DNA of 64,000 nucleotides from an uncultured bacterium (GCA_963978095.1 CAXBQP010000006.1:1-64000); one strand, 5' to 3'. Positions 1 to 9,526 are shown, numbered from the stretch's first letter. The notes: generated from the sequence alone by a model not told the origin. Translations and numbers: made by a program.

Positions 1-53
1 TACGGCGACCACCGAGATCTACACTCTTTCCCTACACGACGCTCTTCCGATCT
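1..53 (+). other. Illumina TruSeq universal (P5/Read1) adapter contamination
   Basis: TACGGCGACCACCGAGATCTACACTCTTTCCCTACACGACGCTCTTCCGATCT is the known adapter minus its first 5 nt. Confidence 0.99.
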
Positions 54-559
54 AGCGCTTCGTCGGTCGTGCGGCCGTACATCTCCGCGCCGATGAGCAG
101 GCCGCTCTTCGCTGTCGTGCCGCCGGTGGAGAGTCGCCCGATCAGGAAGTAGACGTCGGGGAAGACGGCATCGGGATAGAGCGCTTTGAGCTTGACCCAC
201 GCGGCGCGGATGCGCGGTTCATCCTGCGCGATGCGGAGCGTACTCGCGCGCGCCGAGGCGAAGTAGGCCGGATACTTGTCGATCACCAGGGCGAAGGCCT
301 TGGCGTCGGCCGGGCGCACGCGGAGCCAGTCCTTGAGGCCGGCCGTCCCGGGCTTGATGTAGAACGAATCGATCGCGGCGGCGGTGCCGAGGGTGGTCCG
401 CGCGTCGAACGCCTGCCAGAAACGTGCGATGTCCTCGGTGACGAGCTTGGCGGCGGCGGGATCGCGGTTGGTCTGCGCGAACAACGGCGCGACCAACGGG
501 GCGCTGATGCTCGCGAGCGCGAGCATCAGGCGGCGGAGGGGGCGTGTGTCGAGGGTCAT
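54..559 (-). CDS. Secreted protein, DUF2268/GldB-like putative Zn-protease family; 3' truncated at contig end
   Basis: Signal peptide, then DIARFWQAFD...LYPDAVFPDVYFLIGRLSTGGT...GLLIGAE; the ORF tail DRKSVV* is adapter-derived. Confidence 0.6.
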
Positions 560-593
560 GTCTCGCTTCGACAGTCGTGCCCCCTCGAGGGTT

Positions 594-1121
594 TCAAGCC
601 AGATACTTGTCGCGGAGCAGCTTCATGTGGTGCTCGGTATGCCCGGCGATGATCCAGGCCAGCGCGCGGGCCGAGACCGGCTTGTCGCTCGCGGTCCCCG
701 TCCGGATCCAGGCGGCCTCGGTGAGCGAATCCGCCAGAGTGACCGTCGCGGCGCGGACCGCCGCGAACTCCTCGGTCAGACTCGGCACGGTGCGGAGGGC
801 GGCGTCGCAGTTGGGGACCCAGGTGTCCTGATCGAAGCCCGGCAGCGGGGTCCGATCGGCACGAGCCACGCGGAGCATCCGGTAGGCGAAGACCCGCTCG
901 GCGTCGATCATGTGGAGCAGCGACTCCCTCAGTGTCCACTTCCCCGGCCCGTAGGCATGATCGCCGCGCGCTTCGGGAACGGTCCGGAAGGTCGCAAGCA
1001 CCGACTCGCCCTGCGCGCGAAGGGCGGCGCGGATGTCGCCGTCGGCGACCTGCGCGATGTAGTTGCCGTAGTACGGGGCGAACTCGTCGGCCGCGGGGCG
1101 GACGGTGGCGGCGTGGGCCAT
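594..1121 (-). CDS. DinB/YfiT family protein
   Basis: YGPGKWTLRESLLH..D.ER...YR, LPGFDQD, GHTEHH metal-His motifs; GAGGAG RBS. Confidence 0.9.
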   Translation of the reverse strand: MAHAATVRPAADEFAPYYGNYIAQVADGDIRAALRAQGESVLATFRTVPEARGDHAYGPGKWTLRESLLHMIDAERVFAYRMLRVARADRTPLPGFDQDTWVPNCDAALRTVPSLTEEFAAVRAATVTLADSLTEAAWIRTGTASDKPVSARALAWIIAGHTEHHMKLLRDKYLA

Positions 1122-1232
1122 GGTCGGACTCCTCGTGGTGATGGGCGCGGGGGGCGTGGGCGCTGGTGACGGAATCTAGCACCGCGCCGTATCTTGGAGT
1201 CAGCATCAGTCCACCTCACACCAGGACAGCCA

Positions 1233-2852
1233 GTGACCCATTCACGTCGCGATTTCGTGAAGGCAACGGGCGTGGTCGCCGCCACGGCGGCGCTCGGCAA
1301 CCGGATCCTCACCGCGGGCGACGCCTTCGCCTCCTCGGTCCCGACGGCGGGCGATCCCGCCATCAAGGCCCTCATGCAGGTCGCGCTCGATGTCGCCAAG
1401 AGTGGTGGCGCGGGCTACGCCGACGTGCGTGTCGCCGCGCGACGCCAGCAGAACGTCAACACGCGCGAGCGCATCGTGCAGGGGGTGAGTGACAGCGACA
1501 CCTTCGGGCTCGGTGTGCGCACCCTCGTGGACGGCGCCTGGGGCTTCGCGGCGACCAGCGTCCTCACCAAGGATTCGATCGCCGCCACCACCCGTGCCGC
1601 TCTCGAGCAGGCCAAGGCAAATCGCGCGAGCCAGCTCAAGCCGGTGGTGCTCGCCCCCACACCCGGGAACCAGATCGGCGAGTGGAAGAGCCCGATCAAG
1701 GTGGATCCGTTCACCGTCTCGATTCCCGACAAGGTGGCCCTCCTCCTCGCCGCCAACGAAGCCGCGCTCAAGGTGAAGGGGGTGCGCAACGTCAGCTCGT
1801 CGATGTTCTTCCTCCGCGAGGAGAAGACCCTCATGACGAGCGACGGGTCGTACATCGTCCAGACGATCTACCGGACCTCGCCCTCCATCTCCATCACCGC
1901 GGTCAGCAGCGACTTCACCGACTTCCAGACCCGCCAGAGCGCCGACATCGCGCCGATGGGGTTGGGGTACGAGTGGGTGACCGAGAGCAAGATGCTGGAG
2001 CGTACGCCGCAGATGGCCGAGGATGCCGTCGCGAAGTTGAGCGCGAAGCCGGTGGAGCCCGGGCGCTACGACCTCCTGCTCCACCCGAGCAACATGTGGC
2101 TCACCATCCACGAGACAGTGGCTCACCCGACGGAACTCGACCGCGCTCTCGGCTTCGAAGCCAACTACGCCGGCACCAGCTTCGTCGCGCCGCCGGACCA
2201 GGTGCTCGGCAAGCTCAAGTTCGGCAGCGATGTGATGAACATCGTCGGCGATCGCGAGCAGCCGGGCTCGCTCGGCGCGATCGGCTGGGACGACGAAGCG
2301 GTGAAGCCCACGAAGTTCGACATCATCAAGAACGGCGTCTTCGTGGATTACCAGCAGACGCGCGAACAGGCGACGATGCTCGCCGACTATTACAGGAAGG
2401 TCGGCAAGCCCGTGAAAAGCTACGGCTGTTCGTACGCGCAGAGTTGGAGCGACGTGCAGTTCCAGCGCATGCCGAACGTATCGCTGCAACCCGGCAAGAA
2501 CGACTGGTCGTGGAACGATCTCATCGGGCAGATGGACAAGGGGATCGCCATCGTCGGCGACGGCTCCTTTTCCATCGACCAGCAGCGCTACAACGGGCAG
2601 TTCGCCGGCCAAGTCTTCTACGAGATCAAGGGCGGGAAGATCGTCGGTCAGCTCAAGGATGTCGCCTATCAGTTCAAGACCCCGCTCTTCTGGGGCTCGA
2701 TGAAGGTGATCGGCGGTCCCAAGAGCTACGAACTCGGCGGCGCCTTCGGCGACGCCAAGGGGCAGCCTGGCCAATCCAACTCCGTGAGTCACGGCTGCGT
2801 GCCGGCGATCTTCACCCAGTGCAACATCCTCAACACCGGGAGGAAGGCGTGA
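1233..2852 (+). CDS. tldD: TldD/PmbA family metalloprotease (TldD) with Tat signal peptide
   Basis: SRRDFVK twin-arginine motif, HETVAHPTE Zn motif, RMPN, C-terminal SHGC; probable GTG start at 1233 (ORF track starts 1194). Confidence 0.88.
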   Translation: MTHSRRDFVKATGVVAATAALGNRILTAGDAFASSVPTAGDPAIKALMQVALDVAKSGGAGYADVRVAARRQQNVNTRERIVQGVSDSDTFGLGVRTLVDGAWGFAATSVLTKDSIAATTRAALEQAKANRASQLKPVVLAPTPGNQIGEWKSPIKVDPFTVSIPDKVALLLAANEAALKVKGVRNVSSSMFFLREEKTLMTSDGSYIVQTIYRTSPSISITAVSSDFTDFQTRQSADIAPMGLGYEWVTESKMLERTPQMAEDAVAKLSAKPVEPGRYDLLLHPSNMWLTIHETVAHPTELDRALGFEANYAGTSFVAPPDQVLGKLKFGSDVMNIVGDREQPGSLGAIGWDDEAVKPTKFDIIKNGVFVDYQQTREQATMLADYYRKVGKPVKSYGCSYAQSWSDVQFQRMPNVSLQPGKNDWSWNDLIGQMDKGIAIVGDGSFSIDQQRYNGQFAGQVFYEIKGGKIVGQLKDVAYQFKTPLFWGSMKVIGGPKSYELGGAFGDAKGQPGQSNSVSHGCVPAIFTQCNILNTGRKA

Positions 2853-4243
2853 TGCGCACCGCCCCCAACTCGCTCTACATGCCCGCGGGGATCCTCTCCC
2901 GCGCCGAGGCGCAGGAGATCTGCCAGCGCGCGCTCAAGAACTCCCCCGCTCCCGAGACGCGGGTGAACATCAACAGTGCCGCGCGCGCCGACACGCGCTT
3001 CGCGTTGAACCAGGTGACGACGAGCGGTCAGAACGCCGACACGACGGTGACCATCACCGCGATCGCCGGCAATCGGTCGGCGAGCGTCAACACGAATCGG
3101 CTCGACGAGGCCTCGCTCGCCGCCGCCGCGAAGCAGGCATATGAGATTGCGCAGCTCGTGCCGCCGAACCCGGAGCGGATGCCCGAGCTCGGCGCGCAGA
3201 CGTATCCGTCACCGAAGGAGCGCGCGGTGACGCTTCCCACGCCAGCCGAGCGTGCGGCGGCGGCCAAGAAGGTGACGGAGAAGGCGCGTGCTGCCGGGCT
3301 GATCGCGACGGGCTTCATCGAATGCCGTGCGGGTTCGCAGGCCATGGCCAACTCGAAGGGGTTGTTCGCGTACGATTCGAGCGCGGTGGTCACCATGACC
3401 GCCACGGTGCGTTCTCCCGACGGTACCGGCTCCGGCTGGGCGTGCAGCGATGGTGAGGTGTTCGGCGACATCGACGCGGACCGCGTGGCCGACACCGCGG
3501 TGCAGAAGGCGTTGCAGTCGCGCAATCCCGTGGCGATCGAGCCCGGGCGTTACGTGACGATCCTCGAGCCCACCGCCGTGGGAAATCTCGTGCAGCTGAT
3601 CGCCGGCGCCACGCAGGCGCGCGCGGCGGATGAAGGACGCTCCTTCTTCTCGAAACCCGGCGGCGGCAACAAGATCGGAATGAAGGTCGTGGACGAGCGG
3701 GTCACGCTGCTCACGGATCCCGCCGACAGCCCGAGCACCGGCGGCGGCTATGACGGCGATGGGCTGCCGCTGGAGAAGGTCGTCTGGATCGAGAACGGCG
3801 TGGTGAAGACCCTCGCGTACGACCGCTTCTGGGCGCAGAAGCAGGGGGTAGCGCCCACGCGGTCCGGCGGTGGTGGCTTCGGTGGCCCGCGCTCGCTGCG
3901 CATGGTCGGGGGCACCACCAGCACGTCCGACATGATCAAGTCCACCGAGCGCGGCATTCTCGTCACGCGGTTCTGGTACATCCGCGCGGTGGACCCGCGC
4001 ACGATCCTGTACACCGGACTCACGCGCGACGGCACCTTCCTGATCGAGAACGGCCAAGTCACGAAACCGGTCAAGAACTTCCGCTACAACGAGTCGCCGA
4101 TCTTCTTCCTGAACAACCTCGAGGCGATCGGCCCCGCGGTGCGCGTGAATGCGTCGGAGAACCTTGGTGCGGGCGGCGCGACCTGGATGCCGACCATCAA
4201 GGTGCGGGAGTTCACCTTCAGTTCACTGTCCGACGCCGTGTAA
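2852..4243 (+). CDS. TldD/PmbA family protein (TldE/PmbA-like partner)
   Basis: ATG overlaps tldD stop (TGATG); IEPGRYVTILEP, LVTRFWYIR, TGLTRDGTFLIENG; no HExxxH. Confidence 0.88.
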   Translation: MRTAPNSLYMPAGILSRAEAQEICQRALKNSPAPETRVNINSAARADTRFALNQVTTSGQNADTTVTITAIAGNRSASVNTNRLDEASLAAAAKQAYEIAQLVPPNPERMPELGAQTYPSPKERAVTLPTPAERAAAAKKVTEKARAAGLIATGFIECRAGSQAMANSKGLFAYDSSAVVTMTATVRSPDGTGSGWACSDGEVFGDIDADRVADTAVQKALQSRNPVAIEPGRYVTILEPTAVGNLVQLIAGATQARAADEGRSFFSKPGGGNKIGMKVVDERVTLLTDPADSPSTGGGYDGDGLPLEKVVWIENGVVKTLAYDRFWAQKQGVAPTRSGGGGFGGPRSLRMVGGTTSTSDMIKSTERGILVTRFWYIRAVDPRTILYTGLTRDGTFLIENGQVTKPVKNFRYNESPIFFLNNLEAIGPAVRVNASENLGAGGATWMPTIKVREFTFSSLSDAV

Positions 4244-5023
4244 GGCGGCGACGACCTCGTCGCGCGACCACTGCGCGAGCGCGCGCGCATCGCGGCGTGC
4301 GGGTTCCGGATCGTGCGCGACCCACGTGACGCTGGGCGCGATCCCGGAGTGGCGCAGCAAACGCGTCAGGTGCGAGGCGAAGGTGTCATCATCGACGTAG
4401 GCGGAGATCCGTCGTTCGGCCGCCGGGTATTCGACGCATGCCACCCAGAGCGTGCGACCGGAGAGACGCACCGCCTCGAACAATGCCGCCTTGAAGGGGA
4501 GCACGCCGTGGCCATGCGAGGTGGTCGCCTCGGGGAACACGACGATGTGCACGCCGTCCCGCATCAGATCCGCCAGTTCCTGGATCTGGGCCCGCAGGGC
4601 CCGCGCCGACTGGCGATCGACGAAGACGCATCCCGCCAACCGGCACAGGAGACCGAGGACCGGCGTGTCCCGCATCTCCGTCGACGTCACAAAGACCACC
4701 GGCAACTGCGCCGAGATCAGGAACACGTCCACGTACGAGATGTGATTCGACACCGTCATGCCGGCACCGGTCGGCGCCCCACCGATGGCCGACCGGGTGG
4801 TCACGCGGGCCCCGACCGCCCGCGTGATCCACGGCGTGATCCGATGCACCCAACGGGCCCTCGCCAGGCGCCGCTGAATCGGGTGGCGCCGCACCACCCC
4901 GATCCACCATGCACCGACCGCGGCGGCACCCAGCACGAGCACCACCGCGGGCAGGCGATACAGGGATCGCCAACCCGTCAGGATCGGGGCGGAAGCGGAA
5001 AGACGGTCAGCAGGTCGAGACAC
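4223..5023 (-). CDS. Lysophospholipid/lyso-ornithine lipid O-acyltransferase (PlsC/OlsA-like)
   Basis: NHISYVD (HX4D), FVDR, FPEATT motifs; start uncertain (GTG 5023, CTG 4981 or later). Confidence 0.8.
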   Translation of the reverse strand: MSRPADRLSASAPILTGWRSLYRLPAVVLVLGAAAVGAWWIGVVRRHPIQRRLARARWVHRITPWITRAVGARVTTRSAIGGAPTGAGMTVSNHISYVDVFLISAQLPVVFVTSTEMRDTPVLGLLCRLAGCVFVDRQSARALRAQIQELADLMRDGVHIVVFPEATTSHGHGVLPFKAALFEAVRLSGRTLWVACVEYPAAERRISAYVDDDTFASHLTRLLRHSGIAPSVTWVAHDPEPARRDARALAQWSRDEVVAALHGVGQ

Positions 5024-5856
5024 CGGAACTCGCGGTCGTAGGCGGGCGGGGCAATGATGTGGGCCCCCGCACGAATGTACGACCGGAGCAACGGCGGCAG
5101 AATCCCCGAGATCTCCGGTCCGGCCGCGGAGTCGGCTGCGGCCATGGCCCACACGTCGCGCATCGGGCGCGGCATCTCATAGCGCTTGAGCGGTGCCACC
5201 CCGGGCATCGGCCGCAGGGCCTCGAGCGTCGCGAGCTCGCGGCGGAGCCCGCCGAGGAACGCCACACTCGCGGCCCCCCGCTCGACCTCCGGTGGGCAGA
5301 CGACACTCGAGCAGCCGAACAGATGCTCGGCTCCTTCGGCACGGGCGACGTCCACCAGTCCCTTCCACAGCATCCGGATCACGGCGCCGTTACGATGGTC
5401 CGGATGCACGCAGGCGCGCCCCAGCTCGAGGCGCACACCAGGGAGTGCCAGAAATGGGGCCAAGGCGAACTCGCGGGCCGAATAGAACCCGAGCCGACCG
5501 GCGTCGGATACCAAACGGTACACCCCCACCGGCGATCCGGTGCTTCGGTCCACGACCGCCAGGTGACGCGAGTGCCGATCGAACCCGTCGACGTCGATAC
5601 GGAAGATCGACGGTGGCGATCCATACTCCGCACGAAACACCTCATACCGGAGCTGAAAAACCTTGCGGAGTTCGCGCCGGTCGCTGATCAATCGGCATTC
5701 GTAGCGAGTGCTCGCCGCGTCGACGCGTACCGGCGTTCGTGCGAGGCGGCCCTGCGTGCGGAACGCATCGGCCACGGCCCACTGCATGAGCGCACCCGCG
5801 TGGCCCACCGAGCCGCGCACGAGTCGCAGTGGAGCCAATCGTTGGGGGGACGGCAT
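4978..5856 (-). CDS. GNAT N-acyltransferase, OlsB-like
   Basis: LRYEVFRAE, DVDGFD...RHLAVVD, VGVYRL, LELGRACVHPDHR, LPPLLRSYIRAGA, PAYDREF..LD. Confidence 0.85.
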   Translation of the reverse strand: MPSPQRLAPLRLVRGSVGHAGALMQWAVADAFRTQGRLARTPVRVDAASTRYECRLISDRRELRKVFQLRYEVFRAEYGSPPSIFRIDVDGFDRHSRHLAVVDRSTGSPVGVYRLVSDAGRLGFYSAREFALAPFLALPGVRLELGRACVHPDHRNGAVIRMLWKGLVDVARAEGAEHLFGCSSVVCPPEVERGAASVAFLGGLRRELATLEALRPMPGVAPLKRYEMPRPMRDVWAMAAADSAAGPEISGILPPLLRSYIRAGAHIIAPPAYDREFRCLDLLTVFPLPPRS

Positions 5857-5966
5857 GGGAAATCGACCTTGAGAGTGGAGACACCAGAAGTGTCACATCC
5901 CAGGGTCAGTGTCTCGCAAAATTCCCGTCAGTTTCTGGTCACGGATATCGCAGGTCCGGAAACGGC

Positions 5967-5999
5967 AGCGGGCCGACTTCCGGTGGAAGTCGGCCCGCT
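5967..5999 (-). terminator. 15-bp perfect hairpin downstream of the sigma/anti-sigma pair
   Basis: AGCGGGCCGACTTCC-ggt-GGAAGTCGGCCCGCT; short T-tract on the minus strand. Confidence 0.65.
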
Positions 6000-6015
6000 C
6001 GTTGCCTCGGGAACC

Positions 6016-6303
6016 TCAGCTGCGCGCGATCGCGTCCATGATGCGGGTCGCGACGCTCGCGGGCGTCGTCACGCCGCGACGACGGCCCACTTCGGCCTGC
6101 ACGCCGCTCCACAACTCGAACGTCTTGCCGTCGGCCTTGAGCTCCTGCTCAGTGACCGGCTCACCGTCGAGCCACGCGTGGAGCGCGGGCGACAGGGTGG
6201 CGGAGTCCAGCGGGACTTCGCGGTCGATCATGGGGTCCTGCGCCCTCGGCGCCGCGAGTTCTTCGCGGCCCGACTCCCGTGGATCCAAGTGCTCCATCAT
6301 CAT
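6016..6303 (-). CDS. Small soluble protein, putative anti-sigma factor
   Basis: ATGA overlap with the sigma gene; LHAWLDGE resembles anti-sigma N-terminal LSAYLDGE. Confidence 0.6.
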   Translation of the reverse strand: MMMEHLDPRESGREELAAPRAQDPMIDREVPLDSATLSPALHAWLDGEPVTEQELKADGKTFELWSGVQAEVGRRRGVTTPASVATRIMDAIARS

Positions 6304-6863
6304 GGTGCTCGCTCCTCCAAAAGCTTTTGCAGCGCCTCACGGGCGCGGTGAACGCGCATCTTGAGTGCGCCGACCGACGTGTTCAGCAGCTCCGCCATCT
6401 CTTCGTAGGATCGCCCCTCCACGTGCTTCATCACGAAGGCTTCTCGCAACGATGCTGGCAGCGAAGCCAGCGCACGGTCCAGGTGACCACGAAGCTCCCC
6501 CCGGTCCAGCTCTTCTTCAGGGGTCTCGTATCCAGACGGCTGATCGTCTTCTTCGTAACTGAGGTGCGTCCGGCGGATGTTTTTTAGCCAATCCTTGCAA
6601 CCATTGGCCACGATCCGGAAGACCCAGGCATCGAAGCGGCCGCGCACCTCGCCGAGGTGTTGGAACGCCTTGATGAATGAGTTCTGGAGGATGTCAGCCG
6701 CATCATCCGGACTCCCCGTCATGCCGACGGCATGTCGGTACAACGGATCGCTGTAGCGCACGATCAGCAGCGAGAACGCCTGATGATCGCCGGCGAGGAC
6801 GCGATCGATGATGGCCTGATCGGCGTCTTCCGGAAGCTCCGTGGGGGGAACAGCCGCAGTCAT
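6300..6863 (-). CDS. ECF sigma-70 family RNA polymerase sigma factor
   Basis: Region 2 DAADILQNSFIKAF...FDAWVFRIVAN; region 4 SYEEMAELLNTSVGALKMRVHRAR. Confidence 0.93.
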   Translation of the reverse strand: MTAAVPPTELPEDADQAIIDRVLAGDHQAFSLLIVRYSDPLYRHAVGMTGSPDDAADILQNSFIKAFQHLGEVRGRFDAWVFRIVANGCKDWLKNIRRTHLSYEEDDQPSGYETPEEELDRGELRGHLDRALASLPASLREAFVMKHVEGRSYEEMAELLNTSVGALKMRVHRAREALQKLLEERAP

Positions 6864-7043
6864 GCTCACGACGCTAGTGTAACCTCCCACACGCGTCGAG
6901 GACAGACCTTGCCGGGGCCGCACCCCGCAAGGGGAACAGCCGCGTCACATCCGAATGACGAATGCTCGGACGCGGCGTAACGGCCGACGGCCGTGCGAAC
7001 CGCCTGGCGGGATTTCTTCGGGACCCGGGACGCGAGGCGCGGA

Positions 7044-8330
7044 TCACGGGCAGAGCTGTGCCGCCGCGACGGCGGTCGGCTTGGTGGTCGGCAACGCGAA
7101 CCCATACGTCGCGTTCACCGCTTCGGCCACGATTCCCGCGATGACCTGATGACCGACGACGTTCGGGTGCACCCCGTCGAGTGAGATGTACTGGCCATAG
7201 GGCGAAGCGCAACCGAGTTCGGCGGCGGCGCGGTAGGTGCCGCGCGCGGTCATGGCGGCATCGAAGAGTGCGCTGAGATCCGCGAACGCCCACCCTTTGC
7301 TCTGTGCCACCGCGCGGATCGTGGTGTTCATCGCCGTGGCCTGCGCGTCGAGCGTCGCCAGCTCGGCCGCGGTCAGAATGAAGTCATCGACGCCCGCGGC
7401 GTCGGTGCAGGAGAACGGGCGCGACGTGCCGACAGCCGAGGCGGCATAGGCGAGCACCGGGATGACCGCCGGCGTGTAGATGAGATTCGTGCTCCCGCTG
7501 CAATCGGGATTGACGGTGATGCCCGCCGCGGCGAGTGCGACGCGATCGCTCCAGAGTTCGTCACCACTGCGGAGTCCCACCGTCCGCGACGGGATCGGGA
7601 CACTGAGCGCCACGGCGCGTGCGCCGGTGACGGACACGCTATCGGCGATGGCGCGGAACACCGTGTCGAACTTGGCCGCCGGCACATAGGTCCAGAGGGC
7701 GCTCTGGGCGTAGCTCGAGGCCGCCACCAGCCGACCCCGCAGGATCGCCGGCAGCAGCTCGCCCCATCCCAGTTCGAGCGAGACGAAGGTCGGCAACTGC
7801 ACGATCATCGCGGTGACTTGCGACTGCGTGTTGGCGAGCACGAGCGGGTAGCGGGCGCGATCCAGGAAGGGGGCGAGCCCAGCGCCGGTGATGGACTTGG
7901 GCGTGGTATGGAGCGCGTCGTACGCCGTGGCGTTGAGCACGGCGAGGTTGTTCAGCGGGAGCGTGTCGACGCCGCGCGCGCCAGCGCAGACCGTGTCGGC
8001 AACGGTGATCGCCCGTCCATCCAGCCGAAGCCCGGTCCGCAGGGGGGCGACCCTGGGTGCTGGGCAACCCGGGGTCGCCAGTTGCGGCACGGCGAATCGC
8101 ACGCCGGCTCCGTGCGCGAGGAGCGACGCCCACCCCTGGACCTGCGCGTCGTAGAGCACGCCGCTCCCTTGGGCACCCATGGTCAGCCCGGTGCCGATCG
8201 CATAGAAACGCGACAACGCGCTGGCCCCCGCGACCGTGGCGGTCGGGGCGGCCCCATTGTCGCAGGCGACCAGTCCCGCGACGAGCACGAGGATGAGGGT
8301 CGCGCGACGACGAAAGGCGGTGCGGATCAT
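7044..8330 (-). CDS. SGNH/GDSL-like hydrolase lipoprotein
   Basis: Lipobox LVAC, NNLAV, C-terminal ISLDGVHPN..GH; the GDSL block reads GTGLT. Confidence 0.7.
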   Translation of the reverse strand: MIRTAFRRRATLILVLVAGLVACDNGAAPTATVAGASALSRFYAIGTGLTMGAQGSGVLYDAQVQGWASLLAHGAGVRFAVPQLATPGCPAPRVAPLRTGLRLDGRAITVADTVCAGARGVDTLPLNNLAVLNATAYDALHTTPKSITGAGLAPFLDRARYPLVLANTQSQVTAMIVQLPTFVSLELGWGELLPAILRGRLVAASSYAQSALWTYVPAAKFDTVFRAIADSVSVTGARAVALSVPIPSRTVGLRSGDELWSDRVALAAAGITVNPDCSGSTNLIYTPAVIPVLAYAASAVGTSRPFSCTDAAGVDDFILTAAELATLDAQATAMNTTIRAVAQSKGWAFADLSALFDAAMTARGTYRAAAELGCASPYGQYISLDGVHPNVVGHQVIAGIVAEAVNATYGFALPTTKPTAVAAAQLCP

Positions 8331-8353
8331 CGGTGAATTCTAATCGCGCCACC

Positions 8354-9469
8354 CTAGACGTGACGGCATGCCTCCCATCCGTGCGCGCGCACGGCGGCGG
8401 AGTGCTCGCCCAGTCGTGGCGGATCGCGCCGCACGGTACCCGGGGCGTGCGGCGCCACCCCGTAGCGCGGGTTGGCATCGACATCCGTGAGCGCTTCCCG
8501 GACGCCGCGCACGAGCCCGCACGGGACGCCGGCCGCGTCGAGGACGCTGACCCAGCGAGCGGCGGGGGCGGTCGCGACACGCGCCGCGATCGCGTCGACC
8601 ACGGCGGCGCGATGCGCGAGACGTCCGGCATTGGTCGTGAAGCGGGGGTCTCCGAGTGCCGGGAGTTCGAGGGCGCGCACGAGGGCGGCGAACTGCGGGT
8701 CATTGCCCACGGCGATCACCACGGGGCGGTCGGCGGCATCGAAGAGCTGGTAGGGGACGAGATTCGCGTGCGCGTTGCCCCAGCGCGAAGCGTCGCGGCC
8801 GGTCACCAAGGTGTTCTGGGCGACATTCACGAGGGCGGCGAGCGCGGAGTGCTGCAGGGCGACGCTCACGCGCCGGTCGGCCGCGGGGACCGCCGTGCCG
8901 GCGCTGATCCGGGCGCGGGTGCCGATGAGTGCGGCGAGGAGTTGAATGGTCGCGTCCTTGCCGGTGATGACGTCGACGAAGGCGACGCCGGCCCGCATCG
9001 GGGGACCGTTGGGCTCGCCGTTGATGCTCATCCATCCGGATTCCGCCTGGACGACGAAATCGTAGCCCGCGCGCGCGGACTCGAGCCCGAAGCCGGTGAT
9101 GGTGCACCAGACGAGCGCCGGATTGGCATGCAGGAGTGCGTGCGGGTCGATGCCGCGGCGCTCGAGGGTGCCGGGGAGGAAGTTGTCGACGACCGCGTCG
9201 GCACCAGCGATCAGGGAGAGGAGGAGGGCGCGATCCGTGGCATCTGCCAAGTCCGCCGTACAGCTGAGCTTGTTGCGGTTGGTGGAGAGGTAGTAGGCGC
9301 TTTCCCCGCGGTCATCGAAGGGTGGTCCCCATCCGCGGGAATCGTCGCCGGATCCGGGGCGTTCGATCTTGATGACATCGGCCCCCAAATCGCCGAGGGT
9401 GGCGGTGCAGTGCGGCCCGGCGAGCACCCGCGTGAGGTCAAGAATGCGGATTCCCTGTAACGGTAGCAT
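8354..9469 (-). CDS. CaiB/BaiF family III CoA-transferase
   Basis: PLQGIRILDLTRVLAGP, LGDLGADVIKIERP..GD, NRNK, GYDFVVQAESG. Confidence 0.93.
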   Translation of the reverse strand: MLPLQGIRILDLTRVLAGPHCTATLGDLGADVIKIERPGSGDDSRGWGPPFDDRGESAYYLSTNRNKLSCTADLADATDRALLLSLIAGADAVVDNFLPGTLERRGIDPHALLHANPALVWCTITGFGLESARAGYDFVVQAESGWMSINGEPNGPPMRAGVAFVDVITGKDATIQLLAALIGTRARISAGTAVPAADRRVSVALQHSALAALVNVAQNTLVTGRDASRWGNAHANLVPYQLFDAADRPVVIAVGNDPQFAALVRALELPALGDPRFTTNAGRLAHRAAVVDAIAARVATAPAARWVSVLDAAGVPCGLVRGVREALTDVDANPRYGVAPHAPGTVRRDPPRLGEHSAAVRAHGWEACRHV

Positions 9470-9526
9470 AGCTATTACTGATTGAATAGTGGCGGTACTA
9501 TGGCCTGATGGTGTTATGTAAACTAG

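Noticed and set aside
1682..2851. Apparent long N-terminal extensions or fusions (853-aa TldE, 789-aa oxidase, 708-aa NadA, 754-aa and 585-aa ORFs)
   Set aside because: The extensions overlap real neighbouring genes and are Arg-rich noise; true starts lie downstream, mostly at stop/start overlaps.
5950..5972. CAGGTCCGGAAACGGCAGC resembles SRP RNA helix 8
   Set aside because: Spacing differs from the consensus, the 3' side is part of a perfect terminator-like hairpin, and I see no flanking SRP helix. An Rfam search would settle it.
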